64,000 nucleotides of DNA, from the NCBI GenBank assembly GCA_040220235.1, contig JAVJTO010000030.1. One strand, given 5' to 3'. The notes beneath the pieces were generated by a model. It had not been told where the DNA came from, searched no databases, and saw nothing but the letters and a program-made list of their open reading frames with translations. Numbering within the stretch: the stretch's first letter is position 1; the number at the start of each line of letters is the position of its first letter. The translations under genes were made by a program, and so were the position numbers. The stretch is from Coleofasciculus sp. B1-GNL1-01 (lineage in GTDB: Bacteria; Cyanobacteriota; Cyanobacteriia; Cyanobacteriales; Coleofasciculaceae). Below are positions 10,140-20,482 of this stretch, piece by piece.

Positions 10140-11605
10140 GTGGCTTAGACGGTTTTAGCTTTCTTCACCGGAAGCCCCACGCCATACCTGTACTTCGACA
10201 GGCTCAGTAACAACTCAGGTTGGCGTTGGGATGGATAGGTGGGAAACCGTAGGAACGGAGGTTTCCAATTACATTCATGACATTATTTTTTATTAGGTTC
10301 CAACAAAACACCATACAGACAGTATACTGTTCATAGATTGATAAACAGGAGGGCAAGTAAGCAAATGAGAACTGCCTACCAGTACAAGCTACGCCCAACC
10401 AAACAGCAAGTTATTGAACTTGACAGATGGCTGGCTATGCTGTGCGCTCAGTATAACTATTTGTTGGCTGATAGATTCAACTGGTATGAGCAAAACCGCT
10501 CCCCAGTCAATGCTTGTCCCTTAATCTGTCATCTGCCTGAATTACAAGACAACCCAGATTACTACTCTCAGAAGAAAACCTTACCTCAACTCAAGAAAAC
10601 TCATCCCTGGTATAAAGAGATTTACTCTCAAGTCCTACAAGATGTAGTCAAGCGAGTGAAGGTAACGTTTGAGAGATTTATCAAAGGCGATAGCAACGGC
10701 AAACGTAGCGGGAAGCCAAGGTTTAAAGCCCGTAACCGATATCGCACCTTGACTTACCCCCAAATGAAAGAGGGGTGCTTGCAGGGAAACCTCATCAACT
10801 TACCAATGTTGGGGAAAGTCAAGGTTATCCTACATCGCTCTATCCCTGATGGATTCAAAATAAAAACAGCATCTGTTACCAAGAAAGCTGATGGTTACTA
10901 TCTGACCTTATCGATGGCAGACAAGAGAGTTCCGGAAATAAAGCCAGATTTTAACCCCGATTCAATTACAGGGATTGACGTGGGTTTAAAGGAATTTTTG
11001 ACAACTTCAGATGGTGAAAATATTGCGATTCCTCAACATTACCGTAAAGCTCAAAAACGGTTACGAGTTATCCAGAAACGGGTAGCCCGTCGGAAAAAGG
11101 GGAGTAAGGGTAGGCTTAAGGCTATCAAGCAACTAGGAAAACAACAAAAGCAGGTAGCAGATAAACGGAAGGATTTTCACTTCAAAACAGCTAATTATCT
11201 ACTATCAAAGTATGACTGTGTTGCTCATGAGAATTTAAACGTTAAAGGACTTACTCAAACTAGATTGGCTAAATCTGTGCTGGATGCTGGGTGGTCAAAC
11301 TTTCTGTCGATTCTGACAAACAAAGCCGAAAAAGCTGGTTTGTTGGTAATTCCAGTAAGCGCCCATAACACATCACAGGATTGCTCGAATTGTGGAGAGA
11401 AAGTACCGAAAAAGCTGTTTATGCGTTGGCACAACTGCCCCCATTGTGGATGCAGTCTTGACCGTGACCATAACGCAGCTATCAATATAAAAAATAGAGC
11501 GGAGGGGCATCCCGTTCTTAAAGCTCAACGCCTCCTACGCAATAGCCGGATTGGTTGAGAAGCCTACACTATACCTGTACTCAGGTTAGTGTAGGAGTAT
11601 GTCAC
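10140..11605 (+). mobile_element. IS200/IS605-family (IS1341-type, tnpB only) element; left boundary approximate
   Basis: Related subterminal hairpins at both ends (GAAGCCCCACGCCATACCTG..CAGGTTGGCGTTGGG and GAAGCCTACACTATACCTG..CAGGTTAGTGTAGG); right end GGAGTATGTCAC; no tnpA. Confidence 0.8.
10365..11558 (+). CDS. tnpB: RNA-guided endonuclease TnpB
   Basis: [10 protein letters not shown]-terminus, RuvC GIDVG / AHENL / [10 protein letters not shown] intact, CSNC-CPHC zinc finger; ATG 10365 follows AGGAGG. Confidence 0.95.
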   Translation: MRTAYQYKLRPTKQQVIELDRWLAMLCAQYNYLLADRFNWYEQNRSPVNACPLICHLPELQDNPDYYSQKKTLPQLKKTHPWYKEIYSQVLQDVVKRVKVTFERFIKGDSNGKRSGKPRFKARNRYRTLTYPQMKEGCLQGNLINLPMLGKVKVILHRSIPDGFKIKTASVTKKADGYYLTLSMADKRVPEIKPDFNPDSITGIDVGLKEFLTTSDGENIAIPQHYRKAQKRLRVIQKRVARRKKGSKGRLKAIKQLGKQQKQVADKRKDFHFKTANYLLSKYDCVAHENLNVKGLTQTRLAKSVLDAGWSNFLSILTNKAEKAGLLVIPVSAHNTSQDCSNCGEKVPKKLFMRWHNCPHCGCSLDRDHNAAINIKNRAEGHPVLKAQRLLRNSRIG

Positions 11606-11625
11606 TTCAAAGGTGAATTAGTAAC
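11440..11625 (+). ncRNA. putative TnpB omegaRNA (reRNA); guide read from flank after 11605; 5' end approximate
   Basis: Established TnpB architecture: the RNA overlaps the tnpB 3' end and right-end hairpin; not experimentally seen. Confidence 0.55.
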
Positions 11626-11827
11626 TATCTTCACTCCCTACTGTGTGCAATGCTAGATCGTTATTAGCGCGGTTGAGTCGATCCGCGATCGCGGAGCGAA
11701 GTTTCAGCGTGATCGATGGTGTAGCCAGCACCTCTTGGGCTTGTTCTCGGTAGATAGCACTGGTTACTGGATCAACGTGGTCAATGTTCTGTAAATTTGA
11801 AAATACTGTATCCGCAGAAATGGTCAT
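11618..11827 (-). CDS. small hypothetical protein
   Basis: MTISADTVFSNLQ...GSEDSY; contains a HIP1 site; protein-like composition; start may be 11848. Confidence 0.6.
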   Translation of the reverse strand: MTISADTVFSNLQNIDHVDPVTSAIYREQAQEVLATPSITLKLRSAIADRLNRANNDLALHTVGSEDSY

Positions 11828-12269
11828 TGGATTAAACCCTTTCATCACATATAATTACGATCTTGACTTAAGTCTCGAACAGATGGCAATAGTTGAATGA
11901 TTAAAATAAAACAAAAATTCTTCGACGCATCAGCTTCAACGGATGTATGGCAATGTTGAGATGCTCTAACGTGACAAATCTCTATCCGCCTGTATCAGTA
12001 GCTATCAGCCCTATCTCTGAAGCTTCTAAAAATCCGGAAGAATGTACACAAAAGTAGAAAATCCGAACAAAACTTAGCTGTGTCGGTTTAAAGGCTCATC
12101 TCAAGTGCATAACGGCTTCCCCCGTAGGGATTGACCCCGAATTCGACTGTGGGAGTGCCGATTGCGGTTTGGGAGCCGATTGTATAAGCTTTAGCTTACT
12201 ACATCAAAGGCTGCCAACCCGTTTTAACGGGTTTAAGCTTTTAGCGCGAACTTTAGTTCAGGGCTTAAT

Positions 12270-13922
12270 ATGAAATTTCCCTTATCTCGTCAGAAACGGC
12301 AATTTTTCCAATTTCTCGGTTTATTCTGTTGCTGTTGTATCCTGATTATTAGCTGTGGTGGGCAAAATACACCCACTGATAATGCTGCAAGTTCCGTCAT
12401 GAGCATCAGTAGCCCTGAACGCATCGCTGTGGGTTCTGTTGCCAAACCGCGAACCCTTGATCCGGCTGATGCCTATGAAGTGGCGATTAGTGATATTATT
12501 ACCAGCTTAGGCGATCGCCTCTATACCTACGAGGGGGATACAGATACGCTTATCCCGCAACTGGCGACAGAACTCCCGCAAGTCAGTGATGATGGGTTAA
12601 CCTACACGATTCCTGTGCGTCAGGGCGTTACCTTCCATGATGGCACACCTTTTAATGCAGACGCCATGGCATTTTCCCTGAGGCGGTTTAGTGAAAACGG
12701 GGGTAAACCTTCCGCCCTACTGTCTAACGTCATGGAATCCGTAGAAGCCACAGGGGAATACGAACTGACAATTAAATTAAAAAACGCCTTTGCGCCCTTC
12801 CCTTACCTGTTAGCCTTTCCTGGATTAAGTGCGGTTTCACCCCAAGCCTATGAAATTGGGCAAGGCAAATTCAAACCCAATGATTTTGTGGGAACGGGTC
12901 CCTATAAACTGGTTTCCTTTGAGCCAAATTTAGTCAAAGTGGATGTATTCGAGGACTATTGGGGAGAAAAGCCGCCGAATCAAGGGATTGACTTTCAGTT
13001 TCTCAGTAGTCCCGCTAACTTGTATAATTCCTTTACCACAGGTGCGGTTGATATTGCTTATCGTGACTTAGGTGCCGATCAAATTCTCAGCCTCAAAGAG
13101 GATGCTGAATCGAAAGGGTATCAGGTACTAGAAAAGCCCAGCAGTCGCTTAGACTATATGGTGCTAAATGTCAAGCAAAAACCCTTAGATCAGGTCGAAG
13201 TCCGACAAGCGATCGCGGCGTTAGTGGATCGTCAGTTAATCATTGATCGCGTCTATCGGGGTCAAGCGGAACCCGCTTACAGTATTATTCCCGACACCTT
13301 TGCCACCAGCCAACCCGTATTTAAGCAACCTTACGGGGATGGCAATGTGGATAAGGCAAAAGAACTTTTAACCGAGGCAGGTTTTTCGGCTGACAATCCA
13401 TTTGTATTGGAAATTTGGTACAGTTCCGATAGCCCTCAACGCCAACAAATTGTTACGCTTCTCAAAGAATATGCCGATCAAAAAATGGAGGGTTTGATGC
13501 AAGTTAAACCGCAACCCGTTGAATCAACCACCCTCTTTGCCAATATTCCCAAAGGCATTTATCCCAGCTATTTAGTGGCTTGGTTTCCTGATTTTGGTGA
13601 TGCAGATAATTACATTAGTCCCTTTTTCAGTTGTACGAAAGGATCAGCGGAAACCGGATGTCAAGAAGGGGCGAGTCAAAGTCAAGGCTTCTTCTATTAC
13701 AGTGAGAAAATGAACCAACTCATTGAGGCGCAACGAAAGGAACAAGATCCCCAGGCGCGACAACAACTATTTGAGCAAATTCAAGAGCTAATTGCTCAAG
13801 ATGTTCCCCTGGTTCCCTTGTTGCAGAAAAAAGAATTTGCGTTTGCTCAAGACAGCTTGCAGAATGTGGAAATTAACCCAATTATTGGTGTCTCGTTTTG
13901 GCAAGTTGATAAAAACGCTTAA
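12270..13922 (+). CDS. peptide ABC transporter substrate-binding lipoprotein (family 5)
   Basis: Lipobox IISC, TLDPADAYE, FHDGTPFNAD, GTGPYKL. Confidence 0.92.
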   Translation: MKFPLSRQKRQFFQFLGLFCCCCILIISCGGQNTPTDNAASSVMSISSPERIAVGSVAKPRTLDPADAYEVAISDIITSLGDRLYTYEGDTDTLIPQLATELPQVSDDGLTYTIPVRQGVTFHDGTPFNADAMAFSLRRFSENGGKPSALLSNVMESVEATGEYELTIKLKNAFAPFPYLLAFPGLSAVSPQAYEIGQGKFKPNDFVGTGPYKLVSFEPNLVKVDVFEDYWGEKPPNQGIDFQFLSSPANLYNSFTTGAVDIAYRDLGADQILSLKEDAESKGYQVLEKPSSRLDYMVLNVKQKPLDQVEVRQAIAALVDRQLIIDRVYRGQAEPAYSIIPDTFATSQPVFKQPYGDGNVDKAKELLTEAGFSADNPFVLEIWYSSDSPQRQQIVTLLKEYADQKMEGLMQVKPQPVESTTLFANIPKGIYPSYLVAWFPDFGDADNYISPFFSCTKGSAETGCQEGASQSQGFFYYSEKMNQLIEAQRKEQDPQARQQLFEQIQELIAQDVPLVPLLQKKEFAFAQDSLQNVEINPIIGVSFWQVDKNA

Positions 13923-14026
13923 GTAGTCTCACCAACCGCCTTGGGTTCAAACCCAAGGAACTAAAAGCTTAAGTCGTCTAAAGACGACTGGATAAGAGTT
14001 TTAGTCCACTAAGCTTGAACTTAAGC

Positions 14027-14174
14027 TATAGTGTTTTTATTTGGGTCGTGAACACAGGAACCTGGTAAAAAGGCAATGGGCAATGGGCAATAGGCAATAG
14101 GGGAAAGAGATACAGGGTTTTTAAGTAATCTAAAAAAGACCTCCTAGGTTTACAACTCATTTACAAATGCTATA
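14027..14174. mobile_element. ~148-bp MITE inserted in a REP-like element
   Basis: TATAGTGTTTT / AAATGCTATA ends, internal GGCAATG heptamers; inverted copy at 54162-54310. Confidence 0.8.
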
Positions 14175-14330
14175 TAAGCCAAGAACTTGAATTATTGGCG
14201 GGTATCGGGGCTTATTGAAAATGGTGCAATATATCAGATAGAAAAGAGTTCTGCTTTCCGTAATATTGGAATGGCGCTAAAGCGCAACTACAAACCTGTG
14301 TTAATCCTACTCGCCATAATTTGAATTCAG

Positions 14331-15356
14331 ATGTCTCGTTCTCGTGCCTTACTCTACTATGTCATCGCTCGGTTGCTTCTAGCACCGTTAATGATGTTTA
14401 CGATTGTAACTATCGTATTTTTGCTTCTCCGTGCTACGCCAGGAGATCCAATTGATGCGGTTATTGGTAATCGTGCGCCTGAAAGTGTAAAAGCCGAATT
14501 TCGGGAACGGTTGGGATTAAATCAACCATTACCTTTACAGTATGTCAATTATTTATTCAGTTTACTTCGCCTGGATTTAGGCAGTTCAATTAGTGACCAA
14601 GGACGAGAGGTTTGGCAAGTGATTCAGCAGTATTTCCCCGCGACGGCAGAAGTAGCAGTCTGTAGTATGATTGTCGCGATAACGGTAGGAATTGGCGTGG
14701 GTATTTTTTCCGCCTCTCGTCCGGGTACAGTCTTTGATTTAGGGGGACGACTATTTGGAATTATTACCTATGCCTTACCGATATTTTGGGCAGGAATGAT
14801 TGTCCAATTAATCTTTGCCGTACAGTTAGGATGGTTTCCTCTGGGTGGGCGATTTCCGGCATCAGTAACTCCGCCTCCAGAGTTCACCGGACTTTATACC
14901 GTTGATAGTCTGTTGAATGGGAATTTAAACCAATTTTTAACGGCATTATATTATTTAACGCTACCTTCGTTAACCTTAGGAATTCTTCTAAGTGGAATTT
15001 TTGAGCGCATCGTCCGGGTAAATCTCAAGCAAACGCTGAAGGCTGATTATGTGGAAGCTGCACGCGCTAGAGGGATTCAGGAACGGACAATTCTGCTGCG
15101 ACATGCGTTAAAAAATGCATTGATTCCGGTAATTACGGTAATGGGACTTACGTTTGCATCGTTGCTAGGGGGTGCGGTGTTAACAGAAGTGACCTTTTCT
15201 TGGCCCGGATTGGCTAATCGATTATATGAAGCGATTCAGTTACGAGATTACCCGACGGTGCAGGGAATTATGGTGTTTTTTGGGGCGATTGTGGTGATCG
15301 CGAGTATTGCGATTGATATTATCAATGCCTTGATTGACCCGCGTATTCGCTATTGA
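14331..15356 (+). CDS. peptide ABC transporter permease (DppB/OppB-like)
   Basis: PGDP, EAARARG (EAA motif), HALKNALIPVIT, DPRIRY. Confidence 0.93.
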   Translation: MSRSRALLYYVIARLLLAPLMMFTIVTIVFLLLRATPGDPIDAVIGNRAPESVKAEFRERLGLNQPLPLQYVNYLFSLLRLDLGSSISDQGREVWQVIQQYFPATAEVAVCSMIVAITVGIGVGIFSASRPGTVFDLGGRLFGIITYALPIFWAGMIVQLIFAVQLGWFPLGGRFPASVTPPPEFTGLYTVDSLLNGNLNQFLTALYYLTLPSLTLGILLSGIFERIVRVNLKQTLKADYVEAARARGIQERTILLRHALKNALIPVITVMGLTFASLLGGAVLTEVTFSWPGLANRLYEAIQLRDYPTVQGIMVFFGAIVVIASIAIDIINALIDPRIRY

Positions 15357-15693
15357 TTGTTCATTGTTTAATCACCCCCGCCACGGCGATTAAAATCGCT
15401 GCTACACAAATGTATGCGAAGCCTTCCCGAAGGGTAGTCCACCTGCGCGGACTGGGTTATAACGGGGGTAGTGTTCCCCGGATTTGGTATGACTTTGGTA
15501 GGGTGGGTTTCGACTTCGCTCAACCCAACAGGTTCCAGCTAGCGTTTGTTGGGTCTCGTACCTCGACCCAACCTACTTCAATTTATAAAGAAAGCAAAAG
15601 GGATAACCGAGACAAAGGGGATGGGAAAAAACTTGACGATTGCCAGGTAAGCTAGAGGTAATTGGTGATTTGGCGACTTGAACTCACGATCGC

Positions 15694-16734
15694 ATGTCTC
15701 AGAAAAACGAAACGACTGTATTAGTTTTAGCCTTGCTGATTACCCTTGGTTTAGTTGGGGGCGGGGTTTGGTGGTTTAGCCGTGAGTCTGACTTAATCAA
15801 CACAAACCGCCAGGTTAAGGTTAATCGTCAATCTCCTGAACAATCCCAACAGGCTAAAACCTTTGCCCAAGTGGAAGGTGTACCCGAAGGACTCTTCAGC
15901 TATGGAGGTAGCACGACTTGGGCACCCATCCGTGAAGTCGTAGACCCCGCCATTCAAACCGTGTGGCCCCAATTCCGATTGCGCTACACTGATCCGACAA
16001 CGGGTGCACCGGGTTCGGGTACAGGGATTAAGATGCTGTTAAATAACCAATTGGCGTTTTCCCAATCCTCGCGCCCCCTGAAACAAGAGGAATATGAACA
16101 AGCCCAGCAACGCGGCTTTACTCTCAAAGAAATTCCTATCGCTATTGATGGTATCGCCGTTGCGGTTAATCCTGACCTGCAAATTCCGGGTTTGACGATT
16201 ACTCAGCTAAAAGATATTTATACGGGTAAGATTACCAACTGGAATCAAGTCGGGGGTGCTGATTTACCGATTATCCCTTATTCCAGACGCCCAGAAGAAG
16301 GCGGTACAATTGAGTTTTTTATGGACAATATTTTAGAGGGAGAAGAGTTTGGCGCGACGGTTGAGTTTATCCCCACCACAACTCAAGCCCTGAGAGTGTT
16401 AGCGGATAATCCTGGCGGCATTTATTACGCCTCTGCACCTGAAGTTGTGCCTCAATGTACAATAAAATCTTTACCGATTGGACGCAAACCCGATGAACTG
16501 GTTCCTCCTTACCAGGAACCCTTTGTGCCGCTTTCCCAATGTCCCGGACAGCGCAATCAGCTTAATAAGCAGGCGTTTCAATCGGGAAGCTATCCGATTA
16601 CTCGTCGATTATTTGTCATTGTTAAACAAAATGGTCAAGTTGATGAACAAGCCGGGGAAGCGTATGCGCGATTGTTACTTACAAATCAGGGTCAGGACTT
16701 AATTAGCCAAGCCGGATTCGTGAGTTTGCGCTGA
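15694..16734 (+). CDS. PstS-like substrate-binding protein
   Basis: GGSTT, GSGTGI, SSRPL, IAIDGIAV, YPITRRLF; N-terminal MSQKNET plus TM helix. Confidence 0.85.
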   Translation: MSQKNETTVLVLALLITLGLVGGGVWWFSRESDLINTNRQVKVNRQSPEQSQQAKTFAQVEGVPEGLFSYGGSTTWAPIREVVDPAIQTVWPQFRLRYTDPTTGAPGSGTGIKMLLNNQLAFSQSSRPLKQEEYEQAQQRGFTLKEIPIAIDGIAVAVNPDLQIPGLTITQLKDIYTGKITNWNQVGGADLPIIPYSRRPEEGGTIEFFMDNILEGEEFGATVEFIPTTTQALRVLADNPGGIYYASAPEVVPQCTIKSLPIGRKPDELVPPYQEPFVPLSQCPGQRNQLNKQAFQSGSYPITRRLFVIVKQNGQVDEQAGEAYARLLLTNQGQDLISQAGFVSLR

Positions 16735-16799
16735 GTTGAGCAGGGAAGATGGGGGAGATGGGGAAGATGGGGAAGATGAGGGAGAAGATTCCCAATCAA

Positions 16800-16890
16800 C
16801 AATGAACCATGAACCATGAACAATCAACAAATGACTAATGACTAATGACTAATGACGAATGACAAATGACAAATGACAAATGACAAATGA
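16800..16890. repeat. STRR heptamer tandem repeats (AATGACT/AATGACA)
   Basis: Tandem 7-mers; similar inverted run at about 57908-57948. Confidence 0.85.
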
Positions 16891-16899
16891 CCATTAATT

Positions 16900-17862
16900 A
16901 TGTCACAGAAAAACGAAACTGGAACCCTTATTGCTGCATTGGTAATTACACTCGTTATATTAGCGGGTGGTTTTTGGTGGTTTACTCGTCAATCGGGGAT
17001 GAATTTGGGAGGATTGATGGGAGGATTGATGGGAGGTGAAGATAACCCAGCCCAAAATCCATCCCCACCGACTCAACCTGCCAATCCGGGAACGCCAGCC
17101 GCGAATCCCAATAGTGCTTTTCCGCCGCCTCAAACTGTCCCCAGTGGCACAATTGTTCGGATTGCAGGTTCGACGAGTATGGTGCAAATTAATCAAGCCT
17201 TGAAACAAAGTTTTGAACAGCAGTTTCCTGGTACAACTGTGGAAACCCAAGCTGGGGGTTCAGATAAGGGGATTCTAGCGCTGTTAACAGGAAGTGTCGA
17301 TATTGCGGCGATTTCTCGTCCTCTGACCTCCCAAGAACAGTCCCAAGGCTTAGTGGCTGTACCTGTAACGAAAGATGCGATCGCGATCGTGGTAGGTGAG
17401 GAAAATCCCTTTCAGCGAGGCTTAACTCAGGCGCAAGTGCAGCAAGTTTTTCAAGGACAGATTACCAATTGGTCACAAGTCGGTGGTGCTTCAGAACCGA
17501 TTCGGGTGATTAACCGTCCCCCAGTTAGCGGAACTCATCAGGCGTTTCAAGAACTGGTACTCAATGGTGGGCAATTTGGTACAACACCTAATATTGTCAC
17601 AATGCAGCAAGATGCAACGACTCCAATTTTGCGAGAATTGGGAACCAATGGAATTAGTTATGCCACGTATGCACAGGTTGCCGATCAACAAACGGTGCGA
17701 ATTGTACCCGTCGATGGGTTAACCCCCCAAGCGACGAATTATCCTTATCAACGAGAACTTTACTACGTCTACAAGCAACCTGCAACGCCGCAGGTGCAAG
17801 CCTTTCTGGGTTATGTCGCCTCACCCCAAGGACAAGGCGCGATCGCGGCGACTAACCAGTGA
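16900..17862 (+). CDS. PstS-like substrate-binding protein
   Basis: IAGSTS, GGSDKGI, ISRPL, SGTHQAF; N-terminal MSQKNET plus TM helix and Pro-rich linker. Confidence 0.85.
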   Translation: MSQKNETGTLIAALVITLVILAGGFWWFTRQSGMNLGGLMGGLMGGEDNPAQNPSPPTQPANPGTPAANPNSAFPPPQTVPSGTIVRIAGSTSMVQINQALKQSFEQQFPGTTVETQAGGSDKGILALLTGSVDIAAISRPLTSQEQSQGLVAVPVTKDAIAIVVGEENPFQRGLTQAQVQQVFQGQITNWSQVGGASEPIRVINRPPVSGTHQAFQELVLNGGQFGTTPNIVTMQQDATTPILRELGTNGISYATYAQVADQQTVRIVPVDGLTPQATNYPYQRELYYVYKQPATPQVQAFLGYVASPQGQGAIAATNQ

Positions 17863-17892
17863 GTTGTTGTGCTATGTTCTCCTATGGGAATT

Positions 17893-18489
17893 TCACGAGC
17901 TTTTGTTAATCCTTTCGATCAGACTATCAGGAAGTTCTAACTCAACACTAAGGGCGGAGAAAAAACTGAGATTATCTGGGTCATTCACTAAATAATCAAA
18001 GAACTGATCTTGGTTATCTTTATATAGAGCTTGCTGCAGAAATCGGATGCGTTCGATATGTTTGCGCCTATCTTCATATAGTTCGGGTCTATTCCACCCA
18101 AGATACTTAATCAGATTTTCAGCTTCTTTGTCATTTGGATCGACCGCAATAAATTGCCCATTTTCATACTTTATCCGTTGATTTAGATCCGCAGAATATG
18201 GCTTTAGGATAGGTTCAAACGGCTCGATCTTACGGGGTTTATGCTGATTGATCCAATGCACCACAGTATACCAATTCCAGTAATTATCATTCTCTGTGCT
18301 TTTCAACCGAGCATCAAAATGTTCCACATCAACAGCATCTGTACTTTTGATATAGCGTTCGGAGTAGGCACAAAATCCCATCTGTTCGTTTAGCAGTTCT
18401 TGCCTTATCTTAGTTCTATCACTTTGATTTGAATACTGCCACTGATTAGAAATTATCTTTGACTGCGCTGACTTTCTCAGATATCTCAT
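17893..18489 (-). CDS. HNH-type endonuclease, PtuB/TIGR02646-like
   Basis: EQMGFCAYSE, DVEHFD, YWNWY...N; ATGA overlap with the upstream ATPase. Confidence 0.7.
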   Translation of the reverse strand: MRYLRKSAQSKIISNQWQYSNQSDRTKIRQELLNEQMGFCAYSERYIKSTDAVDVEHFDARLKSTENDNYWNWYTVVHWINQHKPRKIEPFEPILKPYSADLNQRIKYENGQFIAVDPNDKEAENLIKYLGWNRPELYEDRRKHIERIRFLQQALYKDNQDQFFDYLVNDPDNLSFFSALSVELELPDSLIERINKSS

Positions 18490-19841
18490 TTGGATGGAGC
18501 AAAGTTATAGGCGTTTCCGATTTCTAGATATTCAGCAATCAATTCCTGTTTGCGATTTATGTCGCTAGTTGAGTTAATTAATCGCTGTAGTTCCAGAAAT
18601 CGTTCCCATTTTTGTAGTCCTTGTTTTCCGTAGATGCTGCGTACATGAAAATCTTTAATTAACAAATCATTGGGGTCATCTCCAATCGGAGTAACGCCCG
18701 ATGTCGCCGTGACAAACCCTTGCTCATCAAAATCCAGGTGGATTCGCTCATAAGGTTCAAACTGAGCGGCGATAATTGGATTATGGGTAGCGACAAAGAA
18801 CTGTGTGTTTTGGATGATTGAGAGATATTGCTCAATTAGGTCATAAAGCAGATCCGGATATAAACTATTTTCGGGTTCATCAACCAATAGAAAACCTCGC
18901 TCTATCTGACGTTGGAAGTACAATGTTTTAATATGCCCTAACTTGAATATATAGCTGCGAATCCCACTACTGAGGCTGTTGTACGGTAAGGCTTGACTTG
19001 TACTCTTAACTTTCACATACGCCTGAAGATTTTCGTTGAGTTGTACAGGAATTCCTGCTTCTTCAATATCGAATTTTAGTCCTGGCTTGTCTAGTATTCG
19101 ATTCCATAAGTTTCCAATTTCTTGGAGAATCTCTGGATGATTTTGGTTAAATTCCGCCTCAACCTCTTCAATCGTTTTCTTTTTATTTTCAGGTTTCTTT
19201 AAGTGATCTAGGTAATCACTCTCCCGTTTTTTGACCAGATAAATTAATAGTTTCCAAAACTCTCCGGCAGTTTCCATAGATATAAAGTGATAAACTGGAA
19301 AATTTTGGAATAGCGTTAAAGCTTCGTTAAGTGTTGTTACAGGTAAATCTCCTTGCTGTAAAAGCAATGACCGATCGGCTGGTACATGAATAATTAAATC
19401 TCTCTTGCTGGTAAACGAGGGAATGGGTGGGCTGGAAATGTAGTGTTGTATGCAGAAGTTAGGTGGTACGGTTTTTTGGGTTGGATCAGTGACAAACCGA
19501 TGCCATTCGTCAGTCTGTTCGACATCAGCATTATAGTAGACTATTGGAGTATCAAACCAACCAGAACCGCTATCGGGAGGATGGCAAGCAAAAAAATCTC
19601 CAGACGAGGCAGAAAATTTTACAGCGAAGAATGGCTGGTTTTCCAGTTTATTTGGCTGATTTTCATAACCATGAAACTTAAATGAGTTAATTACTTTTTC
19701 CAATAGCGTTGTTTTTCCCGTTCCATTCGTGCCAATAAAGCATATTTTATCTAGGGGTTTACCTGTCTTGGGGTTTACCAAATCCAACTGGAAATTATTG
19801 AACTGTTGAAAGCCCTTGATAATTATTTTACTTATTTTCAT
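18486..19841 (-). CDS. ABC-class AAA_21 ATPase, PtuA-like
   Basis: MKISKIIIKGF start, Walker A GTNGTGKT, LSSG signature, LLVDEPE, ATHNP. Confidence 0.85.
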   Translation of the reverse strand: MKISKIIIKGFQQFNNFQLDLVNPKTGKPLDKICFIGTNGTGKTTLLEKVINSFKFHGYENQPNKLENQPFFAVKFSASSGDFFACHPPDSGSGWFDTPIVYYNADVEQTDEWHRFVTDPTQKTVPPNFCIQHYISSPPIPSFTSKRDLIIHVPADRSLLLQQGDLPVTTLNEALTLFQNFPVYHFISMETAGEFWKLLIYLVKKRESDYLDHLKKPENKKKTIEEVEAEFNQNHPEILQEIGNLWNRILDKPGLKFDIEEAGIPVQLNENLQAYVKVKSTSQALPYNSLSSGIRSYIFKLGHIKTLYFQRQIERGFLLVDEPENSLYPDLLYDLIEQYLSIIQNTQFFVATHNPIIAAQFEPYERIHLDFDEQGFVTATSGVTPIGDDPNDLLIKDFHVRSIYGKQGLQKWERFLELQRLINSTSDINRKQELIAEYLEIGNAYNFAPSK

Positions 19842-19895
19842 GGACTGGTTCTCAGGTTTAGGTTTGCAGGAATGAAGACAGCGCAACTACGAACT

Positions 19896-20435
19896 TTATG
19901 CTAATAACTCATCGACGGCTATGCTAAACCCGGTTAGAACAACCTGCGTACTCACCACATCACCGGAACGAAATGCTAATGTCTGATTCTGAGTGATCAC
20001 CAAAATCCAACGAGTCTCAGGAAACACTAACCAAACTTCTTGACAACCTGACTCTAAATACTCCGTCGCCTTGGCAAATAAGTCCTCGGCTGTATCCGTG
20101 GGTGAGGCAATTTCGGCAATCAGAGGGGGACTCTGGGGTAATACAGCCACATCTCCATACTGATCTAACAATTGGGACGTTAAATACGAAACATCTGGAC
20201 GACGCCCCTGACGCAATGTGCGACAAGGAAGTTCTACGAGTGGTTCACCGCCTTGTCCCGACTCGCTGATGTAATTTCCCCAGTAACCATCCAACCTCGA
20301 TTGAATTCGACTATGTTTTATTGTTATTCCCGTTTTTTCAATCAATTTTCCATCCACCCACTCTGTATGATCGGGAGGATTAGCTATAAAGTCGTCTAGA
20401 GAAAAATTGCCAGTTACATTCGTGGCTATGACCAT
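19896..20435 (-). CDS. Uma2-family (DUF820) endonuclease
   Basis: EWVDGKL, RRPDVS, AEIASP, YLESGCQEVWLV. Confidence 0.9.
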   Translation of the reverse strand: MVIATNVTGNFSLDDFIANPPDHTEWVDGKLIEKTGITIKHSRIQSRLDGYWGNYISESGQGGEPLVELPCRTLRQGRRPDVSYLTSQLLDQYGDVAVLPQSPPLIAEIASPTDTAEDLFAKATEYLESGCQEVWLVFPETRWILVITQNQTLAFRSGDVVSTQVVLTGFSIAVDELLA

Positions 20436-20482
20436 CGCTATATACTCAACTATCTCGTTTTAATAGGATAACAAAGCACCGA

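Noticed and set aside
11991..12007. NtcA site upstream of the peptide-binding protein
   Set aside because: GTA-N8-TAT mismatches the GTA-N8-TAC consensus and no clear linked -10
15353..15655. 100-aa ORF
   Set aside because: Composed of REP/SDR repeat sequence
16741..16890. Tandem repeats as CRISPR or coding
   Set aside because: 7-9 bp STRRs without spacers
17893..19886. Retron Ec78-type system
   Set aside because: No reverse transcriptase or ncRNA space adjacent
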